A stretch of DNA of 61,940 bases, counting the filler, from Basidiobolus ranarum (taxonomy: Eukaryota), in NCBI GenBank assembly GCA_040143965.1. It is 12 parts of 12 records of this genome, joined end to end, with 100 filler letters (N's around TTAATTAATTAA, not from the genome) between each part and the next. Parts side by side here need not be neighbours in the genome. Positions count along the whole stretch, not along the records: positions 10,364 to 15,442 come from JASJQH010008597.1; positions 15,543 to 20,618 come from JASJQH010008598.1; positions 20,719 to 25,793 come from JASJQH010008599.1; positions 25,894 to 30,965 come from JASJQH010008600.1; 8 more parts are not named here. One strand, written 5' to 3'. The translations under genes were made by a program, and so were the position numbers. The notes below the pieces were generated by a model. The model was not told the DNA's origin. It searched no databases and saw nothing but the letters and a program-made list of their open reading frames with translations. This document shows, one piece after another, positions 13,742 through 25,949 of this stretch. Each line of letters starts with the position of its first letter. Position 1 is the stretch's first letter.

Positions 13742-15440
13742 GTCAAGAACCTTCAGAGTAACACCTGGTTTTGGTTTTTCCATGATTGACACAAATCCAG
13801 GTGATTTTGGGCAAGATTGCACACAGTTTCCAAAATATTAAACCACTCATCATCAGAGCAAGTGATGGCAGCTCTGACATTCAGAGTCTTTTGGTTTGCT
13901 GGTTTTCCTATGAGATTTTTACTTTCATGTGCCCAAGCAATTTTGGGTTGTTGTGTAGGCTTAATGGTCCAACACATATTCCACTCTGCTATGATTGTCA
14001 TGGTGACATTCATATGTATGTTGTGGGATTGATTGAAATCCCATATGAGAATGGACGGAGGGAGCAGCATATTGCTGTAGCTCAAGTACAGCATTCTGAA
14101 GATCTTGTATAATTGTTGAGTGACTCTCTAACTGTTGACTAGTTGCTTCCAAACACTGCATTAACTGTGATATTGCGGCATTATTGCTTGTCAAGGCCTG
14201 TATAGCAACTCCCTAGTTTTTACTTATGATTGCATACAAATCATTATGGTGTTCTGCTTACAATTCCCTTATTGTAATAATTCTATCCAAATTTTTGAGG
14301 GAGGGTTGTTCAATAGTGGGCAAAGTAGCCATTTTGGAAGTTGATGGTCTTGACAGTGTTTTGGTTGAACTTTGCTCAACTAATGATTTACCATGTAATT
14401 TGGGGATTACAATCTCATCGCTTGCACTATTGCTAGCTAGGAACACATCTGGTAAATTGATTAATGCTTCATCATTACTTGAGTTTGTTTCTGGCCTCTT
14501 AATGCCTTCCAAAGTGAATAGTGGATAGCTAGACTGCTCATCAACTAAGCCCTCTGTTCATGCCGGTTTTTTTCCATTTGTGCCAGCTGGCTTTGGCTTA
14601 GAAGCTGATTTTGACTTACACTTTAAATGCTCTTTGAATGGCATTGAAATTTCAAATGGTAAACTTGGTGTAATGAGATTGCTTAGGAACAGCTTATAAT
14701 AAACCAAAATCACCATCCATGACCGGAAATATCTTGTAAATCCCCTGATGCCTCATCTGTGACACTGACTCAGAATCCACTGATGATTGTGATGGGCTAT
14801 ACCTAAAATACAACCCTTACATGGGAGGTGTTCTTTTTTCCTCAATAACCTTCTCATGGCTCAATACAAATGTTTAAAGAAGCCCTGCTATTACTGTTGC
14901 AAATTCTTGTGCTATGAAAGCCAGAGGCTTCATAGAAAAAATAATCACAAGCATGGTCACTGTACAAGGCCATCAGCTGCACAAAGCCTGGTGTATAACA
15001 ACAGTAATAAGCATAGGTAACACTGCCAAAAGTCAAGATACTGTGGAGTTACCACAGTTATATGACCAGAATTATGTAGGTCAAAATGCAACTTTGGTCA
15101 AACAGTAAGTCCAGACAACTTTGAGGACTTGCTGCTAGATGTTGACCTTGGTTATTCCAATATGGATGGTAGTATATCAGAAGTTGATAAAGCACACAAC
15201 GGTTTTGTTATGGACTCTTTGTTATTGGCAAACATTAGTCCACTCATAAGACTTACAGTAAAGAAAGAAGCTTTGATTATTGAGGAGTGGAGAGTTTGAT
15301 CCAATCTTAGCAACCAGGTGTTTATTGGTTTTCTTACACTTTTACCACAGTTGATTGGTAACTGTTGCTTATCACAGACCTGGTACAAGTGGAAAACACT
15401 TGTCAATCATTTGACTTATAATCCTTCAGTAATTAAAATG
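13720..15440 (-). mobile_element. Family X repeat copy (decayed coding sequence)
   Basis: 13720-14400 aligns with 55075-55750; 14500-15440 aligns with 39520-40450; many stops and frameshifts; few CpG. Confidence 0.8.
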
Positions 15441-15699
15441 CCNNNNNNNNNNNNNNNNNNNNNNNNNNNNNNNNNNNNNNNNNNNNTTAATTAATTAANN
15501 NNNNNNNNNNNNNNNNNNNNNNNNNNNNNNNNNNNNNNNNNNATATTGGATAGTTCAAACTCATCCAAATTTCCCCAAAAAAAGCTCAGTTTACTCCCAC
15601 AGATGTTCTGAACACAACCATAGTGTTAGTTTTCTGTATTTCCACCAAAATGTATAAATCCTTCATTTCTGGACAATAAACAATTATCTAACAAAAGCT

Positions 15700-16200
15700 A
15701 TTCACAACGCCACTTTTCCAAAGTTCCTCCAAACAGCCCAAATTTACCCACTACTTATATCTTATGTAACTTGATAATCTATGGTACTTCTTTTCTACCA
15801 ACATCTATCATCCATGATGAATTACTACTCAATATTTTTTCTTTCCATAATTTTTACTCAGCAAGATTAATTATTCATTAATATCTTCTATGATTTAGCA
15901 TATACTAAACTTCTTTACTAAACCTTCTTATTGACAATGGAAATAATTCATTGATTTGGCAATTGATTTCATGAAAGGCTTTGCTCAATGCCTATTCTAG
16001 ATAACATGATGATTACTTGCCTAACCCATGATAGAATCAGTGATAAATATTCTTCAAGCTAAGCCACTATCATTCTCTGATAGATATAACTAACTTTAAT
16101 TTCTTCCAATTATGTTGAAAATCAATGAATGCAACAAAAATATCTTTCTTATTTCTTTGATTAAATGCCTTTGATATGTCAACTTTATCCAACAATAGCA
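15700..16200 (-). mobile_element. Highly degenerate non-LTR retrotransposon RT remnant
   Basis: KKDIFVAFIDF motif resembles the LINE RT '(V/L)FIDFxKAFD' block; surrounding frame broken. Confidence 0.35.
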
Positions 16201-18419
16201 ACTCTACCTCTAGCCCTGGCTCTGGTGAGATTCTTCTTAGCGGTTGGTACTGGTCAATAGAACCTGCTAAGACTGCACTAGCCACCTATCAGCAAGGAAA
16301 CTCAAAAGCTTTATGCCCCAAGTGTCTCACTGATCATTGATTTTGCAAGTACTCAAATGGAACTGGAAAATCCACCTATGGTTGCTTTAAATGCAAGAAA
16401 TGCTTCACTAAGCACAAAGCATCTCTGTTTTGAACTTTGTGCCTGTCACTACCTGAAATCATACTCCCTGCCAATAAATCCACCTGTCAACAAGAAAAAT
16501 CTGCAACACTGCCTCAGGAAGCCAATGATAACATGCTGAGTGCTACTGAGAATAAATAACTTCTCATTTGTTCCACAGATGAAAGTCTTTCCAGAATATC
16601 ATGCTTCAAGCAGGAATAATGGACATTATCACCTGTTTGATTGGGCCTGATGGACTACAGTCATCAACATGCACATTACTAGTTCTGTATCCATAAAGAT
16701 AGGTATCATAAAGATAGGTGTGAGGTATAATGTACTTAAATAGCACCCCAAGTATGATTTTAGTACATAGCAATGTGAATTACCATATGCACACAAATGC
16801 TTCATGATACAAAATTGTTTATCCTTTGCTGAATAACACTCAACCAGCAATTGAAAGTTGCTCTATGTAATGGGTTGGCATCACCAAGTTCTTACTCAAA
16901 TAAGGTTGTAACTATATGTATAACAAGTATCCATATTTTACACCATTCCTCTAGCTGGGAAGGAAGATTGGCTAAACAGAATGCTAAAAGGATGTGACTA
17001 AATCACATAAGTACCAAAGGAGGGGTTAAGACATCCTTAGCTTAAATACACAACCTATGCATGCTTAAACAAACTTCCAAAAGCACAAACCACACATGCT
17101 CAGCATGAAAAATGATGATGCTTCTAGGACCATTCTGCAACTCAGCATCATCTGCCTAATCTTTCTTGTTTTCTTGGATCTTCAATTGGTTACCATAATA
17201 AACCTGGCAAGAGCAGCATTCTCTGAGAGTAATTGTTTACATCATCTCTTCAGTCAATATATGGCCTAAGTTTCAATACAGTCTTTGTTAAAGCTACTCT
17301 ATCAGCCATTTCTTCACACCATGACTGTTTGTAATGGCTGCAAATCTAGCACATATGTATAAACATTCATTAAGATAAAGCATAGCAAGGTATTGAAACT
17401 TGCATTAAGAACCATGTTATGCTGGTATAGAATTGCTACCATATCAAGTAGCTTGGCTATTTTGTGTAAGAAAATAGCCAATAATGGCAGCCATAACTTT
17501 TATCCCTGGTTGATCAGGCCAGTGACAGTATGCTGTATTGCCATATCCACATCAATAATATATGCCTATCATAGGGTAATATGCTAAAGGGTTTCAATTC
17601 CATTGTATTTTGAGTGTCAACTTTGCTACTATACCATCTAGACAAAGGATTATCACCAATTATTTCTCAACTGATAAATTTATGGTATGCTACACCATCA
17701 AAGGATCACTCTTGGTATAAATATGGGTCCATATTGGGTGGCCAGACCAGAATATATAGTATAAATATCCCACAGTATCACTATTGTGACTTACTTTGTT
17801 TAAATAAATGCTCTGATATATAAATATATTAATGCTCCCAAAGATACCTTGGTTTTCCTAAAAAGGCCTCAGTACTCTGAAATATGTCACTATGGTACTA
17901 CATCCTTGCACTCAAATATGCCTAGTGTCCTCAGTGAAGGTCAGGGTGTTTTTTACTGAGATATACTATGCATATTTTCCTAAGAATACATACTAATGGT
18001 TGACCACACTACCATACAGCTTGTATCCAAATGACCATTTGTTGTTCCTTCAACATTGAATCCAGTATCTTTTATAACCAATGCCGCTTTCAAATGTCAC
18101 AGGTTACTTTGAAATTGATTTCTTTGTTAGATTTTGTCAATGCATATATGTAAATTGGATTTTAATCTCTTTATTGGAAACAAAGAAAACTAAATACAGT
18201 CACATGTATAAATCCAGTTTGAACTTGATTACTTTGTAATTCATTTAGTTACTCATTGTCATTACACAATCAATAATAAACAAGATCAATACCAGGATTG
18301 AACAAAGTATTGCTAAACCAATCACTAACCAAATGCAGGATTGAACAAAATATCACTAATCAAACAGCAAACCACTAATTGCTATTCAAACCAATTCTCA
18401 CTTCCAAATACCAAAACAT

Positions 18420-19700
18420 ATGCTACTCCACTATTAGTATCAATAGAGTCATATCAGATCCCTTTCCTAGACACAGGGGCCTTTTCCAAGGCTCACTTCT
18501 TTACCCTTTCCTGTTCAATATCTATATTGATGATCTAGCTGTTTCTCTGAATGCCAGATATACTTCCTCTATTGTCCATCTGCATTGCTCTTGGCTGATG
18601 ATATTCAGTTTTTTCCCAAAAATTAATCACATGCTCAGGAAATGCTGGATATGATTAGTCTCTGGTTCTTCCATAATGGGATGGTTCCTAACCCTTCAAA
18701 ATCTGCCTATGTGGGTCCTAATATGGATTAGAGCCTTCAGCTTGAAGGAATTTCCCTACCATCTCCTACTTCTTAAGCCTACCTTGGTCTCCTAGTCACT
18801 TAGCATGGTATTGATTGGGATGGTCATATATTGAATTGTGTAGATAAATCTTCCCACTCATTGGGTTATCTCCAGCTGAAAGGCAGCAGATGGCCTTGAC
18901 TGGTTAGGCTGCACCTTTTCAGATCCTTTGTCAGGTCTCAGTGGGAATATACTGCTCCCATGATGCTAGTAGCTGCACCTCAGGATCCATTTAGGAATTT
19001 TGAGTCTCTTCAAAGAAGTGCTCTTGGATGGGTTGTCAATGCTTCAGTCTTTCACTGCAAATGATACCATAGAATATTTCCTAGGCTCACTGGTATTGAG
19101 TTAGTACCAGACAGATTTGAGACTCTAGGGATCAGATTTGGATTACACCTTGCCAAATCACTCTCTTCCAATCCAATCAGGACAATGGCAAATGCCAAAT
19201 ACTACAAAGAAGTTGCTGCTACTGCTCTTTCCCTTATCAAGAAGAAAATCAACAAGTCAGCAGGTTACATCCAATATGTTGCCACCAACAGTGGTAACTC
19301 TCCAGACAACAAGTTGTCACTGTCTTGGGCTATGCTTCAGAGAAAAGTAAGAAATCTATCCAAAAGTAAGACTTCAAGAGATAGAATTTCTCATATTAAA
19401 GAGGAGAGCCATCATACACACAGTGGTGCTGATGTATTGCTCTACATAAAAGATAACTACTTTGCCATTCAAGCCATCAGATGGAGAATCAATACTTTCT
19501 CTCTGGGCCTAAAATGTCCAATATGCCATCATCCCTTCTATTACACTCATGCTGAAAAATGCTTTGGGTTTTAAAGATACAGATGCTCTCTTTCAGTTTC
19601 ACACACAGAGGGCTTTGAAGCAAAGATTGAGTGCATTGATTACTGCCATTAGTCCTGACCTACTCCTAGTCCACTTGAGTTGATGGACTCTGTGATTCAA
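18420..19700 (+). mobile_element. Non-LTR (LINE-like) retrotransposon 3' remnant: RT and C-terminal Cys/His region
   Basis: GLFQGSLLYPFLFNIYIDDL, then (frameshifted) LADDI, NGMVPNPSKS, YLG, FVRSQWEY and CPICHHPFYYTH; several stops. Confidence 0.85.
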
Positions 19701-19766
19701 TTGCTTTGGTCCTACATATATAGATATATTGGCATAAGAACTATATCCATTTGTTTTTGCACCAAC

Positions 19767-20495
19767 TTAGAGTTTAAAATTATCTGCACCTTTATTGTCC
19801 AGCGTAACTGCAGCGTAAATGTAAATATCTACATAACGTTCGTCTTTAGGCAACATATCATGAGAGCCACTGCGAATAACTCTTCCGACAGCCTGTTCAA
19901 CAGTACTGTCATTCCAGTGAGGGGTTATTCCGTGGAACTGTTTAACATTTTTTAGAGTTATACTTTCGCCAATTACTTTACTTCCCAAAAGTATCTGAAC
20001 ATACGCCCCATTTTTGTTTTTCGGAGAATTAAAACCTTCAAGACGATTTTCGTTGTTTGGTGATATTTCAGTGCTTCCAACACAGAACTTGTACCATTTT
20101 CCTTTGTCTATGTTATCCAAACTGTAGCCAAGATATAACTTGTATCCATGTTTTTCTAATATATGACTTAATATCATCAAACCTGATTCCCAAACCTTGT
20201 CTACAAAAACAAATGCTGGGTATCCTTTATTGGTGCTAAAGTGTTCCAGGAAGCTATAATATTTGCAGGAAGACATGTGCAACAGATCTCCGCTTAATTA
20301 CTTTTGAGATTCTTCTGGTAAGAAATATTTTTGGTATGTAATTTTTTTGGGGAGGTTATCAGAAGAAGTTATAATTTTATGCTGTTTGGTTTGGTACTAT
20401 TTAGTTGTGTTAATGGTTCTACCATACAATCCATTGGGAAACACAAAGGAAGAGATTTGCAAAAAACTTCTGTCAATGTCATGAGAAGCAATACC
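19767..20495 (-). pseudogene. Viral-type SF2 helicase fragment (poxvirus D6R/D11L, VETF-S/NPH-I family; NCLDV or linear-plasmid origin), C-terminal half
   Basis: SSCKY, FNSPKNKNGAYVQILLGSKVIGESITLKNVKQFHGITPHWNDSTVEQAVGRVIRSGSH...RYVDIY; same frame continues upstream through two stops (20298-20300, 20397-20399) to QISSFVFPNGLYG; no introns. Confidence 0.85.
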
Positions 20496-20751
20496 TAGCC
20501 TCTAAGACACCTGTGCCCCTTAACACTATATTTACATCCTAAGAACAGGACTACATTGGTCATCAAGTTAAGTATACATATGATCCAGTTTTGTCACAAT
20601 ATCTTAGAAGATTGATGTNNNNNNNNNNNNNNNNNNNNNNNNNNNNNNNNNNNNNNNNNNNNTTAATTAATTAANNNNNNNNNNNNNNNNNNNNNNNNNN
20701 NNNNNNNNNNNNNNNNNNTGAGAAGTAGACATTACAGAGAGTGCAAGCTCG

Positions 20752-20763
20752 GGGCTCATAACC
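20752..20763 (-). promoter_or_regulatory. Retrotransposon primer-binding site GGTTATGAGCCC (complementary to tRNAiMet anticodon arm)
   Basis: Directly abuts the LTR end (..TTTAACA|GGTTATGAGCCC) and precedes a gag-like ATGTCTACT; same type as Ty5/Drosophila copia. Confidence 0.8.
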
Positions 20764-21111
20764 TGTTAAAGTATTTGGGAGCCTGTTGGAAGTGGTTTGG
20801 AGAATTAGAGGAATTGGTGATTTTCACTTATTGATTTATTGAGTAGAAAGTTGACATTTATAGTTTTGTCAATATGTAAACAAACTAGCATGTAGAATAT
20901 GTTAAGGAAGGTCCCAGAAGCATGTGTGCAAAGTTTGGGGCTTCTAGCACAAGTTTGAAGAATCTCTATATCTGAGAACCTCCAAGTTGGTAAAAATACT
21001 CCAAGTAAATTTCAATTGAGAATAATGGATTATATCTCAGTGAATTATAAGATAACTAAGTACTAGGCTATATATGACTCTATAGGTGTTTAGGCAATGC
21101 TAATTTTAACA
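20764..21111 (-). mobile_element. Copia 5' LTR, family 2 (348 bp)
   Basis: TGTTAAA...TTTAACA inverted termini, adjacent PBS, related copies at ~9767 and ~61416. Confidence 0.8.
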
Positions 21112-24100
21112 AACTGAACCTTTCAGCTTAGTGTATGTCTTAATGAATATTAGATTGCAGCACCTCTCGCTGTGTCTCAATGAATACAATATCCCTCGTT
21201 TAATTACATCAAAAGCCTAGTATTCACTAGCACCTATGGAACACCAAGCCTAGCTGCCTAGCAAACCTATCCTCTACCAAAACATAGCAAGTAACTTCTA
21301 TTCTCAAGACTCATATTAGTCAGATCTGCTCTTATAGTATCTCCTGCTTAAACAGTTGTAAGATTCTGTACTTAATTGTTTCTTTGGTTTAGTAAAGTTC
21401 AAGAAATAAGGCAGAGGAATAAACTTTGAAAACATGGATATTTTTGGGTAATCAAGAAGGTCTAAGTTGCAGATGATTAGGAGTACATTAGAGAAAATTG
21501 TGATATTAACAGCCTAATTGTCAGTCTATTAACTTGAGCATGATATTATCTGTGCGGGAACTAATTCGTAATTGATTGCCATACAACTTGTTAGCAATTA
21601 TAGAATGTGTGGAATCATAGTATATATCGACATTGCTATGCTATAGTATGTACTACTCTCAATTTCCATCATGATAAGCCAAGTTACGCTATTTTAAAAC
21701 TCTTGTAAATAAGTTGACTAGAAATTTTAAATCTCTCCACTATTTCTCTGACAAAGAAATACCCAACTCTATGTATTTTAGTTTTGAATAAAAGTAGTCT
21801 TTTTAGCTGAGGTAATGCAACTATGATTATCTTTACATATAGTAGTAGAATATTCTTACCTGTATGCGTAGTCTTAAGTAACCACCATCATGTAATTTCG
21901 TGTGCGCTAACGGAGGTACCATGTACTCTTCTTGTCTAGTGTTACAGTTGGTTACTTCTTGCTGTACTAAGTTTTGACCTCGTGGTTATGGAGAAAAATA
22001 TACTTAATATTTGATCTTCTATTACCAAGGTTCCTTCCCGATACTATATCACCATAGCTTTTAAAATATTGTCTATAAGGAGTAGGTTTGTTGCGAGCAT
22101 TTAGAATTATAGAAGCACTTGAAAATTTTGTTTGTGGGATGTTTAAGGTATGCTCAATAGGAGCTAGCATTCCAGTATGATTGACAAACAAGAATGGAAT
22201 AAGCTAAGCAGTATATATGCATATTTCGGCGAGTAACTTTAAAAATGTTAAAAGTAACTTGACTTCATCTATACTACCAATGAGGTGGAGATATAATCTA
22301 GGATGATATGGTTTCTTGATACTCTCCAAGATGATACTTTCATTGTAATTTCAACTTTACCTTTTCTATAGTCACCTCCATATACAACTACCCATTAGTA
22401 ACGAAATTCAAGTCACAAAGCTTTGTTTGGATGATACCCAATATTGACAGTTTGTATTACATTCAACCAGAATATCTTGCAGGTTTGCAGTCAAATAGCA
22501 ATACGGTGTTGATATCCCAAGAATACTCACAAGTAATTAATTAAATAAAGTGTCTTTCAGAATTTAGTACACACTACATATTACAAAGATTATGAAGCCA
22601 ATAAAGTTCTCTTCAAAGAAATCCACTCAAACCTGACTCATTGCGACGATTAACTATCATCGGTGTTAACTTCGTAGCTAGTCAAGTAATCAAGATTTAC
22701 TCGAAAGACAATTCCTCTTAGGTTGCTTGTCTAATCAACACGTAAATTTATATTTGTAAAAAAGTGACTCATAACAAAGACACCAGTACTACTATATAGG
22801 TATGGCCTTTGAAATGGCAGCTTCATATGATATTGAAGCTTCTTTTCAGTATATTTACGATGGAGTATGAAGTAACTACTAAGATTCTCTAGAGGATAAA
22901 GGAATAAACTAATGCAAGACAGTCTAGAAACAACGGTACAGTGCATTACCGCTCTGAATTATTCCTCCATTTCTACACTGAAGATAATACCATTATATAT
23001 TTCTCTCGAGAGCTTCTAGATGAAGTTACATTACGGATCCATCAATGACATATTTGTTTCATACTTACTCACTACTGTTTTAAACATCTCTCAGTAGAAG
23101 GTGAATTACTTTTCAATATATCGAACAGTAGCTGTGAACGGTCACTTGATAAATGGTAAGAACTAAGGTAGCGCTGTACTTGAGGCATACTCTTCTGATG
23201 GAACAAGACAGTTAGACTTTGTAAGAAATATAAACAACCTTAAAGCTCGATTCTTCCGGTACATCAATAATTGAAACCCCGAAACAGACCAAGACAAGAG
23301 AAGTATGCTTAAATCCTCCGGTATGGCTTAATGCAATGCAAATCGACCAAAAAGGATATATAGCTTCTCAGCCAATGCGAGCCCTCCATCTGAAACACCC
23401 ACGAGCCTGGCCTGGTACCGAATCAACGATAAAATACCGGAATCGCCGGAGTACAAGTCGAACATCTGGCATGATCCATACCAAACCAAGCCCAAAACTT
23501 GCCCAAAAGATAGCGCAAGAAAGGTGGACTTCCTTGTGATTGCGATAGTTTTACTCGTGGATTGGATGGAATTCCTAATTAACCCAGGCACTTTAGCCAA
23601 TGATGAGGAACGAGCATTAGGCGGGGAATTCGATGGATTTCTAATAGAATCATTATCTCAGACTTGGCACATAAACGTAACAATTTCCACCAAACTTGGG
23701 ATCAATGAGGACGTGGATGCGGATGCGGATACGGATGGGGATATGGACTCGGATCGAATGGGGTCGAATGGAAGATTCCTAGAGCAGGATTTCGAATGAT
23801 GTCGCTTGATTTCTACTTTCTACAAGATTGGTGCCTAATTAGTAATGGGGTTCTATCGGCCATGGATGGAGTGATTTGGAAACTTTCCAGCACTCATCGA
23901 TAGGAACGGGGACATTTCAATGCTGGGTTAGATGGGGGATTTTTTTCTCCTCTTGATCCATGTTTTGTGAGTGATCTGACTTAATTAGTATTGGATCAGT
24001 ACCGCACTCACCGTATAAGAATATATAGGAATAGAATACTAGCATGGAATGGGATAGAACGGAATCGATGGTTCGAAGTGATCACTACGAACAATCAAGG

Positions 24101-24601
24101 AAATCCCTAATTAGAGTGGAAGTTGGTTGCAGTGCCCTGGGGACCCTTCTTGATCACTCACGGTTTACAGATGTGAGTCTGATGCTTCACACGATGTGTA
24201 GATTCACACATTCATGGTATGAGATTAAGTCTTTGGATGAATGGTTTTTTATGTAATCCTGCCAAGAGGTGGTTCCTCTCTAGCATTTCAAGTACATGAA
24301 TCAAAATTAAATATGGACTACATCGAAATCAACAAGTGAATCTAAAAGACACGAAAAGATAGAAGAAATGAAAATACACTATTCACATTGGAAGGATCTT
24401 TTCTTCTGAAGTATGGTGATGTTCCTTACTAGGGACAAATATCTATGTACAAATAAACGCCGTTGGATAGAATAAGTGGTGGGTGTCCTCTTTTGTCAGA
24501 TATATGTAGATGCAAACGCTTTGCTCGAACAAGAAAGATCAACAGTACTTAATACAATACCACCATTGGTTTCCAAAGGTTGGTCCTGGTTGGGGTGGAC
24601 T

Positions 24602-25793
24602 CTAGGCAGAGATAGAGGCTTCAGCTTGGTCGTTGCCTGACTCAATGGAGGCGGTTGCTCGGCCAGGTGCTATGTATGTCCCAGTACTATGTGGTAGCTT
24701 CTCTTTGCTGGCTCTTTCAGCGCATCTTTTCACCAAAGTGTGTCTTTTTAAAGCATCTAATCTTCCAAAGGTACGATCACACTTGGTACAACGATAAGGC
24801 TTAATTCCTAGATGGATCTTCTGATGGCGTTTCAAATCATGATTACGGCTAAAGCTTTGTTGACACGAGTCGCACTTGAATGGCCTCTCGGTGGAATGAA
24901 TGCGATAATGGGATCTCAAATTGTAAATGCAAGAGAAGGTTTTCTTGCAATTAGGATAAGTACAGGTATATACTTGGGAGACATTGCTGACATTGGTATT
25001 AGATGATTGGAAATTATCTGCGGTAGGGCTGTTAAGAATGTTGAGTGCAGGGTTGGGGTTAAATGAAAGCTGGGTAGCTGAGAGTGGCATGTCGGTTAAC
25101 CCTGGCATTTCAAATTTAGTCGGTGTTTGAGGAGTAGAGAAGTCAATTAGACCGCATTGAGGATCCATGAGTCCTACTTCCCAGGGCACGTATAGCATGT
25201 TAGGGAAGTTCTCGGTGGTGGGGGTCATTAAAGCGGATGAGAATGTGGGTGAGAGTTGGTCAGGGACAAGTTGAGGTGAAGGCGATTCGTTGACAAAGCT
25301 GGCTCCCTGTAACAGGAACGAGGGCTTGATGCTGGAAGAGACGTCGGAGGCGAAGTTTTCTGGGTGGATAGGTACGTCAGGGTCTATTTTCTCGAGGTCT
25401 GAGTCCATGTGGCATGGTATTGTGGTGGTAAAATGCATTCTAGTATATATAGGATCGATGGCAAGACTATTAGAGGTATTCATCATTGAGTTGTTGAAGA
25501 ACACATCATTCGACCCGGAGGGGAAAACCGGCGATATGGGTGAGGAATACGACCACACCGGAAAGCCAGGTGATTGAATGTTGCTGAAATTCGCTGAGAC
25601 AGGTGTCGTGGCCGATAGATTGGCGACATCATTCATATCAGAGCAATTCATCACCTGACTTAAAGGATGTGGGTATTGGGGCTGGTGAAAGTTAGAACAA
25701 GGTGGGGTTGGAGTGGGGGAAGGGAATTGATTATCTGAAGGAGCGATTGCAGCAGCGGAATTGACGAATGAATCCACAAACGTGGAGAAGTCG
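24602..25793 (-). CDS. C2H2 zinc-finger transcription factor (3 fingers, Crz1/Msn2-like), 5' truncated
   Basis: CTYPNC..YNLRSHYRIH-STERPF-CDSC..FSRNHDLKRHQKIH-LGIKPY-CTKC..RLDALKRH; Ser/Pro-rich N-terminal region; frame open to contig edge. Confidence 0.9.
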
Positions 25794-25949
25794 NNNNNNN
25801 NNNNNNNNNNNNNNNNNNNNNNNNNNNNNNNNNNNNNTTAATTAATTAANNNNNNNNNNNNNNNNNNNNNNNNNNNNNNNNNNNNNNNNNNNNAGAAGTA
25901 TAGAGACGTGGCTGTCCAATAGGCTAGAATCATATTGTTACTTTGGTTG

